A program made the position numbers and the translations under genes. A stretch of DNA of 64,000 nucleotides from Oculina patagonica (taxonomy: Eukaryota), in contig NC_135768.1 of the NCBI RefSeq assembly GCF_052425735.1, positions 2,046,001-2,110,000 on the forward strand, in the 5' to 3' direction. Positions 10,801 through 25,000 of this stretch are shown piece after piece. Positions within the stretch are counted from its first letter, which is position 1; the number at the start of each line of letters is the position of its first letter. The notes under the pieces are model-generated. The model saw nothing but the letters and a program-made list of their open reading frames with translations, had not been told where the DNA came from and ran no database searches.

Positions 10801-13763
10801 ACCCACGAGAATCAATAGAACGTGGTTTGCCGCGTATTATACTCTAATGAATACTGTTTTTTTAGCCAATCAGAACGCGCGTACGAACGATAAATCTATC
10901 AGTGAAAGTATTTCACTGAGAATAGTTGGCGGGTCTGGATTTTGTGTCGGGACAGAGGGCGTGGATTAGCTGGATCAGGCAAGAATTTAGAACAAACAAC
11001 CACACATGATGCGTGAATAGTTAAAATCATTTCTTTAACCGACGTGGTAGATGTTACATCAGTGTAATACAGTTTTGTGGTTAGTCCTAAGTGGGAATTG
11101 AATACTGCTGAAACCTTTAAGACGGAGAAGATGCTTAACTGGCCGCTCGTGAACTAAATTTGGCCTAACTATTAATAAAGTTCTGAACTTTAAATTATTG
11201 CATAAAAACGGATTTCATTAACGGATATTACGCAGTCTCGTCGTCTCTAGACCACAGGAATGTTTCTAAAAGGACAGTTTAATTGTGAAAATCTTTTAAA
11301 ATTCGATTTGCGCTTTGCCTGCCCCGAATCAAGATGGCGTCGACAGTTCGAGTGGGAGCGGAGCCCCGAAGGTCATTTTAGTGCGTGAAGACTGTCATTT
11401 CTCCGCGAAACACAACGAAATTAGTGAGTGATTTTAAGGGTCACTGGTCTTGAAATCCGGACGGTGGATAAAAAGATTTTAAGTGCACAAAAGTGGACAG
11501 ACGATTAATCTTTGAGACGACAAAACGATGTAGCAAATCCCGTTTCAACAAGTGAGCAGTTGAAAGAAAAGGTCTTCAAATAGATCAATGGCACCGCATT
11601 CCAGAGAAAAAATTTCAACAGCGCCCTGTTAGCTAAACAGACGACGCAACGCGCGCCTTTCTTTAGGATTTTCGATCATTCGAGATTAGAAAAAAACATC
11701 GTTTACGCATTGTTAGAATAAAAAGTGAAATAGACATAGCAATTAGATCTTCGTGACTTTGCTGGGAACATGTTGTGAAAGTGACGTGTACTAGACATAA
11801 ACAAAAAGCCAAGATGACAAAATTGCACAAGGAGAAAGGCGATTAGCGCAATCGGAAGTTTTTAATGACACAGAAATTGCATAGAGTAAGGGGAGTGTTG
11901 ACAGACTGTTTGACACCTGTAGAGTCAAAATTGCAATGTGCTTTATAACACCCACACAAAAACACACACACAAAACTCGGTCTATTAAATGTGGTTCTTA
12001 CTATTCCATTGAAAGCTATTTAGCAGCACTGTCTGTCTATTCTGAATTACCTTACAAAAGGTACATTTTTTTTCTTTCGGTTGTCAATTTTGAATTAGGG
12101 AGTGAGAAGGTTAAACATTTTGTCGAGTGACAAAACAGAAGCAAGCGATCACTAGCTTTCATTTGGTCTTTTTGTTTTATTTGAGCCAGCTATCAGCTGG
12201 ATATGATATTACACACTTTTTGAAGGCAGCATTATTAGGTTTTATCATCTAACCTTTGTCCCACGTATACATCCGACACACGCACATAAAAAAGCCTTTC
12301 TTTGTAAAGAAAAACATGTTACTTCAAAATCGTCAAAAGCATCGACAAAAACACCCACAATCTGTTCTTTTTTCGTTATTTCCCAAAAGACTCAAGAATA
12401 TCTTGATACAGCCGAGAAAATGTCCAGATTTTCTTTATAAACATTTCGAGGCCGCGTTAAATTTTGATAACGTGAAACTAAACCTATAGAATTAGGGCGT
12501 TAGGGCATCAAGGTGTTATTACTTTAAAAAAGAGGTTTTCAAAGTGACACGATCCGTAAAACAAATATTAAATTGCGGCCTGAGTGCTATCTTATGATAA
12601 AACTGTGATATCTGTCCCAATATTACTCGGCATGGCAAAGGTGCTTTATTTACGGCGATTTTTAAACAATAAGTTTATAATAGCGACGGATTGACGGCTG
12701 TTTTTCAGTCTCGGAAAGTCTGTAACTGAAGAAATTAACAGTAAGACCAGGTACTGGTCATTTAGCGTATAGAAAAACAAAGATTATCATTTCTAACTTC
12801 AAATCGTTAGTCACGGTTCTAGTTCGAAAAAAAAATCAATTTCCTCACCTGCTACAAAAATTTCTTTTAATGTTAGTATAAATTTTGAATTGTTAGGACC
12901 ACACAACGCAGAATTTATCCACTTGGCTCGATCGCACCGTTTGTTGTTGTTCTTGTTTTAGAAGAGGGCGCGTGCCAGCCACTTGAATTTGTAACTAAAC
13001 CAAACTCATTGCAAGCCTGACACTACGACAAAAGGGCAGATTTATAGGCCGATAGCTCGACTAGAAAAACTAGTCCTAAAATTTGAAGTAAAAATCAAAC
13101 TCTGAGGTCCTTTTTTCGAGTCTTTTGTCGTTATACCACCCTCTCAATCAGTTTGTTTTAGATAGTTCTGGCTAAAAGTCTTAATACCATTACCTTTGAA
13201 AATCTTAAAATGTATCTTGCCTTCAAACCATTAAACAGAATTGGCGACGAAGCTATTTTTTCAGCTTCTCAAAGTTTTCTTTTATTTGCAGAAGAGGAAA
13301 TAAGATGTTCTCCGGTAACTGAAGTCTAACTGACATTTTTAATCACCTGCTAATCGTTTGCAGTTATTTTAAAATTTTAATTTCCGTTTCGAAAGCTAAA
13401 GTAGAAAAGAAAACGTAACGAAGTACGACAGGAAGGAAATGGGAAGGTCATATCTGTTTTCTAATCAGGAAATCAAGAAATACAGCGCCCCTTCCTTCCC
13501 GCGTTATATTAATATACCTCGAAATGCAATGTGCAAGGACGTCAAAACGATAAACTTAGATGTTATCATGAAGAGATCACAAATTTCAATATACACCTTT
13601 CATTTTTAGCATCTGAAAAAATCATTCTTTTATTAAAAGAAAAGCAATTGAACTACGATAAAGATCGGGCGAAAGAATTTGTCCTTAATTATTGGGGCTT
13701 CAACTTTGACAAAACATGACAAAACAGCGGCTAGGTTTCAAAAACAAACAGTTCCACGTGCAC

Positions 13764-13960
13764 GTGAAAGTACTACTCAATGTAGTTTCATTTTGAATGG
13801 TCACACACTAAGGTTTCGTCCACAGACTTAAAAGTTAGAACCACCTTGTACAGCATAATAAACAGTACCACATGAAAGTACTGCTCAATAGCTTTCATTT
13901 GATTGGGTGGGATACACACTAGGGTTTCATCTACAGACTTAAAAGTTGGAACCAACTTGT
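13764..13960 (+). repeat. Tandem pair of the ~110-bp interspersed repeat
   Basis: Two consecutive units GAAAGTACT..CACACTA.GGTTTC.TC.ACAGACTTAAAAGTT.GAACCA; same family as 258-371. Confidence 0.8.
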
Positions 13961-16900
13961 TTTTTTCAACAGGATGTACCCCAGGATGTCAGGAGGAAAA
14001 TATACTGAAGAAACCAGTTGTTTGAAGTCGTTTGAAACCTAGACAGTCTATACACCCGAATTCCATCTTCGTCTAAAATAGAAACAAGATTAAAAAAAAG
14101 AAAAAGAAAACCCTTAAAAAATGGACCCTATATAACCAAAACACAGACTTAAAGACAGTGCACATTTCTGACATTAAAAAAATAATAATAATCAGAAACC
14201 AGAAAAAATTGCTCCATTTTCGACAAATCCTTTGCTTAGACTGGTAAGCAAGAACGACATTCTTTTATCCAATTATTTAAATTCCTACTGATAATATTTA
14301 AACAGTTGTGTAATTTGTGTGTATAAATAAATAAAGATACCTAGATTCGCTCTATCAATATTATTCATGCCTGAAAAAAACCTCATGCATGCATGGAATC
14401 AAAAAATCGCATGGTTAAAATTGTTTGGACTATTTTCGTTGCAGGAGTCGAGCCAAAAGTTATCCATTTAAAATTTTATTACCTTTTTCGCGTTTGGAAT
14501 CTATAAAAATATTTTGGTCGGGATAGAAGTGGCTGTGAAGAAACTCTAGCGCAGAAATGCATTCACTAGAAAGTAACACAATCTTGACGGAAAATATTGC
14601 GATTGTTAATCAGATCAATCTTTATATCAACATTGATAAAAATAATTTCTGAGGTTAAAATACTTAAAATCGAAACTGTAACCTCCGAAAGGAGTGCCGC
14701 TACTTTCCAACCCTAAATATGCCTGGTATAATACAGTCTAGAAAAGATCTTACTTGACATTTTTTACATAAAAATGAAATTGGGAATCTCGCTTGTGGGA
14801 AATGGGGATGATTAAGTCTTAAAATTCATGCAGCTAAAATTAGTCGTAGAATTTTTTAAAAAAAAACCCATTGTGTCCGCCAAAGAATTAAACTACAGCC
14901 TAAACATTTCCCAAAGTCTTTAAACAATTCCATACACAAAAAGTAAAAATACCTTTATAAAATCGCATGGCAGTGAAAACATTTTAATACTTTCGGCACG
15001 AGTTCATTGTTGTCTTGTTTGGAAACAACCCATCTTACATTGCTCCATATTAATACATTCCATTCCTTTACTTACTTAACATTAAATCAAGGCAAAGTCA
15101 TTTCTATTAATTCGGTCCGAATATAAATACAAACGTGTATTTTTAGATTCGCTAAACAGCCGTTTTCAATAAAATCAATTAGTGTTTTTAAAATGATTAA
15201 TGAGAAAATCAAAGGTCACCAAAGAACCTTCCATGATCCTTCATCGCACATTTCTAATATATTTAATCTTTGGATTCTTATGATCACTAAATTCAGAAAC
15301 CTTTCTGCATTTTCTGTGTGTCGCATGCTTTGTTCCTAGAAAAATGCTCCAGGAATTTTTCTTTGGCTTATTTCAGTCTGTACACTGGCATGGGAAAAAC
15401 ACTTTAAAGCCGCTTGAAAAATTGGCCGATTTACCTTGGAAATATGCAAAGCAAAACAAAACAAAAGCTGACTTCGACCAGGATTATACAGTTAATAGCG
15501 ATTACGTTAGGTAATTGTATACTATCAAGTTTTTATGCGTGACTGAAGCGTATAAAAATCTCAGAAATTCTTTACAAACAAATTTCAGACGAGTTATGTA
15601 ACTCACGTTCAGTTTTGGGGAGCAAGCCGAGCGCTGGTATCAGATGAGACACAGGCTAAATGAAAACGCTAATTAATTTAGGCTAAAACTGAGAAAATTA
15701 GATTTGTAAATGTCGATAAAAGGCCTATGAAGTAGTCAGCACTAAGAAAATTAAATCTAATAAAATTTTCTCTGTTCTTTTCAGAAGCTCGAGTGTCAAT
15801 TCTCTCAACAGACTTCTACTTATTCCCATACGCCTAGTAAGGAGAATTTTGAAAGCCATCAATATTGGCTTATTTGATGGTCGTCTCGCATATCCCTTAA
15901 GCTCTTTATTGCTCAGTTTGTAATCGATAGTATATATTTATCAGAGCTAAGTAAAAGGCAGTTGAGTGGAATGTTATTTTTCTTTTTTCCAGAATTGTTC
16001 TAGCAGTAAAGGTCCTTTCGTCTAGCATATAATGTTTATTTTATACTCTCAAAGGCTTAAATAATTCAAATGTGCTTTGTTCTTTGTTTTTGTTAAACAA
16101 CAAGAACAGGTATCAAAAGTGAAAAAAATGTAACACGAGTGTTCTTAATTGTTATCAGAGAATAACACTAAATAAATTTGATAATTTGCTCCTCAATCCT
16201 GCAAAATTAATCATCCTTTTAGCAAAGTACTCAAGTTTCTTTTATAGGCAAGTCCTGCCCGTTTGTGAAATAAAATTTAGGGTGTACTTTTATTCAAGAT
16301 TCTTACAATTTCTTTTAATATTGACTTGCGAATTTCTTATTGTCGAAAGTCAAGAAATGAGAAAAAAACTAAACGTTTTTATCATCTAGTTATCAATTTT
16401 ATAATTATGTATATTGCTTTGAAGGAGTGTTCAAATAAACGTAATTCATGACATGTTGTTTCGATATATACGTAGGGTCTACCACAAACCATTATATAAA
16501 TTCTCAAACCAATATCGCATTTCATTGATACCACCCATGTATTCAAATCGAAAGACAAGCTACGAGTATTTTTAACAACATGACGCAATTTCCTGATCGA
16601 CAAATTCACTGAAGAATACAGCATACCAAAGCCTTAAAATCAACTGGCCCATCTGGTACTGTACAGAATACACCGGTACTGCTACAATTAGCGAATTTCA
16701 CTTTGAAAAACCGGGAGCCAGCATGTTAATGAGTATCTCAATTGCCTTTGTAATGGTGACCTAAAGGTCTTTTCCCTTGCTGAGTGATGGAAAAGTGAGG
16801 TAAAAATATTTTTTTAACCACAATCCTCTGAAAATCCACATGTTGTAAATATAGGCACAAGGGATGTGAAACGCAATGTGAAAGTTATACATCGAAAGAG

Positions 16901-17629
16901 ACATTCCTTGAGAAAAACACAACATCAAAAACCCGAGACAAACAAAGGCGGAGTAAATATTTGTAATGTGATTAAGAGATCTTTGAAAGTGTGATCAATA
17001 AACTATAGCCCCTGGCAGGACATTTCAATGATGGTAATTTAACTATACGCTATTAAATTCTCTACTTTGCCAAAGGCGCCGTCGAATGACCCAGACATGT
17101 ACCAACATCTAGCAGATGCGAATAAAACTAAGTCAATATACACCTCTGTAAACACAGTGTTTTCTTGTTATTTGTGGTCGATCAGCTTATCAAAGAAAAC
17201 AGTTATTTGTCTGCTTGTTTGATTGGAATTTCATGCAGGCGTTTACGTCTGACTTGGGGTATAAATACACGTATGGTCAGTTTTGCGCGGTCACGTCTAA
17301 TTTGCGGTGTGGGTTTTAACTAAGATCCGACACCGCGTATAACGTTCTTGATAGTTCTCACGGTCTTTTTTTAATAAAAGGTGAAAAAAGTTGATTCGCA
17401 AATGGTTCTGACGTTATTAAATGGGATAACAAACTGCGGAAGCCCCCCTGGCTTCGGAAATTGAGGAATAATTGTTCAAACATGACGGCTCACTTTTGGA
17501 ATTACGTAGGCAAATAAACAATTTTCCATCAGGAAAATTCCAAAGATACCACTGCCTATCTGCTGCTTTCTATCACACGGGATTTAACAGCATAATATAA
17601 TAGCTCAGACCGGCTAATGTGTTCATGTT

Positions 17630-19061
17630 CTATAGCGGCCAGACCGCCTCAAAATCTGCAGTGATCACAGAAAGCACGTTTTGCTTATTTTGCTGATTCA
17701 GTGCGCGAAGGTTAGCCTTGAGGACCTCCTCAAGAGCGGCTGTAAGAGGGTTGTTTTCCCTGAAACGAATTATCAAGAACATTAAGAGAAGAGCTTCTGT
17801 GACGTGGGTTATTTTGCGGAGTAGATTGCGAGATGTTTGTTCTTAAGTGTTAAAAGGTTGAAGGGGGCGAATGAAGCGTATCCAAAGCTTTGATTTTCTG
17901 TTAATAAGATCAAACCGACTTGTGTTATTTCAAAAAGGTATTATTCGAGCAATAGCTTTATCTTGTATTCTGGCGTGTTTTTGAGCGGCACGGTATTGCT
18001 TCAAGGGTTATAAGTGGAATGCTCTGCCTGATGATTTTGTTGTTGTTTCGATATTGGTGACATGTCTTTAAAGTTCGCTGGGAACGCTAAATTTGACGCG
18101 TGAGTGAGCGCTGTGAGTCTATCGCTAAATGCCCCTGTGACCTCGCCATACAACTCATACTGTGCGGAACCGTGTGAGTAGATTTCGACGCAGACTAGAA
18201 AACTCCCTACATTATAGTTTTCCACATCCGTACATGACATCATTACCCACCAAGAAATATTTCAATATTTAAATTTGCGTGTTTAGGATCGTTGTTGGGC
18301 GCAAATTTCCCCACCCCGGGGAACATCCCTGCTAGAAATTGTCAGTGCGCGACACGCGAAATCATGGCTTTTGAAATGGGTTCATTTGATAACATTTCAT
18401 TAAATATGTATGACAAATGAGGAGCTTTGACTGTGTCATTACGTATAGTGTACGCTTAAATAAAAGTATAAAGCAAATGGGCCTTTGTAATCACAAGCAA
18501 AGTAAACTAGTTTGTTTATTGTCCATGAAAGCATCGCAGGGTTAACATAAACTCGTGCGTTTTTAAACACAACATAGGATGTCAAAAATGCCCCCTACCC
18601 TCGCAGCGGGAAAAAGTAAACGGCATAGAAGGACATATAGGCCCGTGTCAGCACAGATAAAAAATATTTTCAACGTTCAATTGCAATCTGTCACTTCCCC
18701 ATTTATTACACTGAAAAAGGGGTTTTCTTTGTAAACTTCAGTGGGCCGGAAACAACAAGGACAACACAAAACTAGCAAAACCACTAATGTTTTCAACTCA
18801 CCTGGATTCCGCTAAGAAGACAAAGAATCTGAAGAATCGCCAAAGTGGACACCGCGACTAGTCTTGTCTCCCTTTCCATCGCTGAACTTGTGCTTTGTGG
18901 AGAGATCTCTTTAGGTTCTAACACAGCAAGCTGCAAACGTCCAACCCGTAGCGCTCTTGTATGAACACTGACACACTCTAATGATCTGTGCGCTGTCCAA
19001 TTCTCCGCTTCGGATATTGTGTTACCGCCAGTGTCCGGACAGACAATTTGTGTAATCGTTC
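17630..19061 (-). other. Candidate unannotated spliced gene (exons 19061-18802, 18328-18247, 17759-17630) with a signal-peptide ORF
   Basis: Acceptors TTTTGTTTAG, CTGAC..TTTCTAGCAG and TTCGTTTCAG; donors CAG/GTGAGT and GG/GTAATG. ATG at 18879 encodes MERETRLVAVSTLAILQILCLLSGIQ. No homology was recognised. Confidence 0.3.
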
Positions 19062-22000
19062 CTAAACAAAAATATCACGGCCCATTACGAGTAATCGAGA
19101 CTGTTTGTTTAACAATATTCGTTGACGTGCTGCATTTTGGGGCAGGCGACTTGTCCTGCAGGCAAACAGGCAATCCGCTTTGGTTTTAATCGCTTAGTCG
19201 CGACCGACCGTGGCAAGCTTGATGCCGATTTGCGCGCTGGAGAGCGCACGATATTCCGCGAGGCAAATTTTGTGTTTGGGATCTTTTAACGCCGAGCGCA
19301 TTCCAGCTCCCCTTATCTCTAAAGAGTTCTATAATTGTTTACAGCAGCCTGGAAGTAGCGGGCTGCCACAGAGATAAGAAGCAAGTACATATACAGCCAA
19401 AGGTCTAAAGCCTTTTAAGGGGATGTCGGTAAACCTTTTCCCGATCGTGTAAACAACCGTTACGGTAAATTAAAAGTGCTATTTTAAATGTTAATTGTTG
19501 CGATTTCGCATTCGCTGACAAGACAAGTGGCTGATTGCGCACAAGAAAGAGACCGTTCCAAAATGGAGTTGGGTTACCCGGGTGCAAAGGCAATCTCATT
19601 TGTCAATCACAATTCGCTATATCATGTGTCAGCGACAATCAAGTTTAAAAGCACACACGCTTTTTACAATAATGCCTGATATGATTCCTTTCTCTTCTAA
19701 TAATCGGTTTTTCCTTATTTCGCTTTAAGCTTCCATAGAACACTGTAGATACTTCTAGAAAACGTTTGTTTTTATAGTCGCTTTGATCCGGGCAAATTGA
19801 CCAATCAGAGGACAGTTTTCTCGCGCAAAAATGACATCATGAATACGCGCTTTAAAGGCACAATAGGTTCGGCAATATGTAAGGGTTCCTTCCTAAAAAA
19901 ATGTGGATCAGACACGGCCAAAAATAGTAAAACCAAAGCCGGTTTTGAGTCTATAATGCTTAATCATTGCTAATCACTTGTTCATTTTCCAATAAAAACG
20001 CGCTTAGCACCTGAAGTTTAGAAAATGCTCGACGGAGTGTCTGCGAAGGGAGAAGCCGTATTTGGGCAGACTTTTCAAACTTCTAAAGCCCACACAACTC
20101 GTTTTATTGTCGGCTTTAATAAGCTTCTATACTTTTAACCCTTCTATGCTGTAGATAAACAATGAGGGGATTACAGTGGCGGAGTTGAGGCAGTGCCAAA
20201 ATTCTTAGACAAACCCAAAGCGGAGTGGGTAATAACATAAATATTCAAATCTGAGAATGTTCATGGGAAAAGAACCCTCTAGAGAGCTAAAGGGAATTTA
20301 TTAAGAAGCCTTCCTTCCTAAAGAATGAAACTGTACCATAAAACTAAGTCGAAATACCGTCTTGTAAGGAAACGGTAATCGTGAATTTCCTATTAATATT
20401 AAAATCGGAGAGAGAACTTATTTTATCTTTTGGATCTGGCTTACATCACTTTGGTAAATAAACAAAGTTAAAAAAGATTTCACTCAAAATCTGTCGTGAT
20501 AACATAATTGTGTTTTGGCTGACTCTTTTTAGTTTTCTAGAATAAAACATTCATTTCTTCTGCTGGGAGTGCTTTCAAAATTCTTTTGAGTGCTCTCAAA
20601 ATTCTTTTGTTAGCCCTTCTTTCATTGGAAACCACCGTATGACAGACTAAGTGCATGAATATTCGCTTATCGGCAAATCAACTGTTAAACCCTCAAAATG
20701 CACAATACTTGCTTCGATTCCGGAAATTTCATTACGGTGAGCGATTTATACTGATTAAACGCTGACTGCGATTTAATTTTTTTGACTCCAATTTGTCTTC
20801 GATTTGTCACAAGCTTCAAGTCGGCCGGAAAGGCTCTCCACAAGTACTTTAGTGCCTCGCCAGTTCGATTAATCAAACAACTGACCCATCAGTAAGACAA
20901 TAAGAAAATCGCCTAACAGTTTATGAACATTAATGACCGATAACCGTATTTATTAGCTTACGCTAAGCAATGACACTATTAGTCTTTATTTTTTTTAATT
21001 CTTACCGAAGCGTCTTCCGCAATACCTACATTTTTCTCTTTCTAATTTGCCCGTTGAAAATTTTTCTCTACTCTCTCAAACTCTTGCAGCGCGCGGAAGT
21101 AAAAAGCTACGCGACAAACCAATTTTTTTTCTCGGCAACGCGCGGGGAGAAGGTAGCTAGGGAGCTTGCAGTGACTCGGCGAGCGAATCAGCGCGCAGAA
21201 CTAACAACATACGCGGCGAAGAGATTTTTTTCTCCGCGGCAGCGTGGTGAAAAGGCGGTTTAAGTCAGGGAGCTCTCAATGAATAAAAGCAAGCGATTGT
21301 TTTATCTCCCGTGGGCGGACTTTTCCTGCATCGAACTTAACCAAAAGTGTGTTTGCGGGCCTTTTCTTGTGAGAAAATCTATAGTTGCCAACGAATGACG
21401 TAAACATTTTCGCCGATATCATGACAAAAGCCTGCTTGCATATAAGTTTGGATATAGTCTCTGGGCAAATACTGCTTATTCCTGAGGAGTCTTAAGTCTT
21501 TAGATCATTTTATTACCCTTTTTTGTACGACTAGTACTTATATTGCATTGATCTGTATAAGGGCGTCTAGTGGCAACTTTAACTAATTCTTTTTCGTCAT
21601 GAAGTCACGCACGTAAAAACAAAAATACCACAACATAAAATTGAGATGAGCTGATACTTACGTATAACTGCCTTTCACGCTCAATACCGTGTTGCCTGTT
21701 AGCAGCAAATTTGTGACGAGGCAAAAAACCGCAACACTTGGACCGAGGCTGTTGTTATCGCAGAGACTAGGCTAATCTGATCAAAATTTGTACTAGGGCT
21801 TTAAATAAGTACACCAGATTACGTCAATCGATTGAAGAATAGCTCGGATTATAATCTCAATTCCACCCGGGTCTCAAGAGAAGCGACTTATGCTTGGGTA
21901 TGGGAAAAAACTTTGTAAACTCAGTGTAGTATTATGTAAACACTGTGAAATGTTGTTTTGGTCCATGCCAAGGTCTATGCACAATCTCGGGTTTTAGGCC

Positions 22001-25000
22001 ACTTAATGGCGAATTGAAATAAAACAGTTCTCACTAATGTTTAAAAGTATTATGTCATGTAATTACTGTGATTTGTGACTTTGCACGTCATAAAATTGTT
22101 CATAGCGTTCAAGTGAAATATCAGAGCTAACGTAAGGGTGGACTAACCCGGAAAGGTTTGTTCTTCACTTTAAAATGCGAACATTTGCTTTCTATGCCCT
22201 CAAGTAAAGCTAAAATGGATCAAGTTACGGCATAGAGTATCGAGCTTATCCAGTTTGCGCGCGTGAACGCGTGTGTGTGTTTTCCGGTACAATACGAAAT
22301 TATCTTTCATCAGAACTGGCACGTTCAAACACACAAAATCCGTTATAGATGCATTAAATTTCTGCCAAGGAATTTCCTGCAGGATCAATATCAAAAGTCG
22401 ATATAACTACGACTCATTTTGAAGACTGAAAAAAAAAAGCTCACTCGCGTGCGAACAGCGGGGTCCAAATTTCGCAAGCTGTGTACAATTTGTATAAAAT
22501 TAATTTAACCGAAAGCATGTGTTGTTTTTCTCCATTTTTCGTTATTAATTTGCCCGTTACATTCCGTAGGCTGACCCCTAACCAATATACACTTCATCTA
22601 CTTGTAAACACTGAATTTTGAACAATATTTGTTCCCTTAGCTATAGTTACAAGATATCAAAACCTGCGCAGTGTTAGGAAGGCCAGAGACTTCCTCCCCC
22701 TGAAATTTGTACATCTGACACTAGCAAAAGCGGTGCATTTTACGAGTTTTTTAGACTGTGTAGTCGTTTAATTCTGTTTATGTTATGTCGCTGTCGCACT
22801 GTGCCGTTTGTCGCCAAGGTTTAGCAAGTCTAAGCCATGTCGGTAACTTCGGCTGTCTAGTTTACCCCTTTGAAAAATTTGCCTCGCGGGTCGATTAGCG
22901 AAAAGGACGAAAAGGCTTTCACGTGAAAGCGCATTTCATAACATCGCTTAGTTGCGCCCTAAATTAAAGATGATATTTAAAAACACTGAAAATTGCGTCA
23001 GAATTTTTATCAACAATTCCCTCATATATTTCATAACACATCTTTTGAATTATTACACAACTTGATTACGACAATTTGACGTAGGAAAGTTTTCTTTATA
23101 CACCGAGCCTAGCGTGGGAAAACCCTTAGCTAAACATTGCGTGTCGGGGCAGCGAAGAAACTATAGTTTTAAGTATGCAACAATCGATGAAGTTTACCTG
23201 TTAGATGTCTTTTACTAATGACTCGCCGTTAAATTATCTGCAGTACCGTAGATCTTTAATAGACGTGAATACACTGCACTGTTCGCTGACCTTGGACTGA
23301 GGATAGCCAACCAAAGCGGAGCAGTAAATCACACGGTCTTGCCTGCGTCTAAAAAAAGAGGATTTGAATGATATTCAGTCAACAAAGGTCAATGCCTGAA
23401 TCAAGGCACAGCCCCCTGAACTTAAGAGAAGAGAATGCATTTCTAGAATTTCTTACTCACATACCCCGGTTTCGGTTTCACTTAACAATAAACGGAAATA
23501 TAGGTTAAAAAACAATTAACCTATTTATGGTCTTGCCTTTGTCCAAATGGTTTTTGATATCTTTTTAAGATTCGGCGTTTGGGACTCGATACAGTTTGAA
23601 ACGAGCCCGATTTACTGAGTCGTTTACCAGGGCATTAAGCTATTACGTTTCTATTATTCCGGGTTATTCTCCAAGGGCTACAGAACGCGCCTACGAGTCG
23701 CAAACAAAAGCACTTATAGAAGAGAATGATTTATGACATAACATTTTCTATTCCTGAGTGAACAACAGAACCACACATTTAATGGATTAGAACGCTTGTA
23801 AAAACTGTTTCGCTATCAATTAGCCGTCCGCTAAAGCTGAAAGGGATGTTTTTTGTGCGGCATATATTAGAAGTGTATTGCAAGTTTGTTATGAGGGTTT
23901 AGAATTAAGCTTAGCTAAAACACAAGGTTAATTGTAACAAATTGTGCCGTCTTTATGCTCTCATATTGAAAACTAATTTAAAGTTCTCAAAAAGTTGTTT
24001 GCATGAGCACTCATGTGGAATATTGGTTATCTGTGCGGGTGAGATCCCTAAAACAATAAAATCGTATTAAGAAAGATAAAAACAACAGATTTGGCGGGGT
24101 GTTAAGGCGCTAAGCCTAAGCACTATGTTTTCATTACAATCTACGTTACTTTTAGTGTCATATTAGTTTACACCGTTGTTTCCGTTTATTTCAACTGGGC
24201 TTAACATGGCTCCCGAGCGACCGTACCGACAGAGCTAACAGTCATTGGTTTAATCCGCTAACTACAAACACTAAACTCGACGATGGCAGAATGATGAATC
24301 ATTTTTGCAAGTCATGACTAATATTACAATGCACGCACCGAGAAAGGCTCTTTTCCGCGGGACCTTAGTTTTTGGACAAGTACTTTTACTGATTCCTCCA
24401 TGTCTGGGCCGGTAAATTGATCTCAAATAGGCGCAAAAAGTTGCAGGATTCATGCAATAAAAACTGATCGGATTAGCATATAAGCGCGTAACTTTGTTAA
24501 ACAGGTTAAAACTGTGTTAAAGTCCTCTCTACTGGCGTCACAAACACGAACAATACCGCAGCTTTTGTCCCGATATCCAACAGCGAACATCCGTTTGCAA
24601 GACTGTTTGGCGCATATAGCTAACAAAAAGCTGACCCGCTGTAGCCGGTTTGGACATATGGTGTTGATATTTAAAAGTAAGGAAACTGAAAATACCGAAG
24701 TAAACTCTGGAGAAGCCCGTAGAGAAATATCTGGAGTAGATAGTCAGAGGTTAAAACACTCCAGTGCTCTATCTTAGCTTACCCTATTTAGTGTATTATT
24801 CAGATAAATCTGCAGATAAAAAATAATTATGGCAACTTTGGGTCCCGCTTCGGCGCGTGGAGTTAAGTGAACCGTCTTACATGAGCTTAGTAAAGCGTGC
24901 GTCTCATTGATCGTCTTCAAATGAAAACTACAGATACACGAATGGAACACACAATACGTTTTACCACATACCTGAATTGAATAGCTCTCTGCAATGTAAA

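Noticed and set aside
24314-24411. Plus-strand signal-peptide-like exon (MTNITMHAPRKALFRGTLVFGQVLLLIPPCLG + GTAAAT donor)
   Set aside because: Weak hydrophobic core and no convincing downstream exon found.
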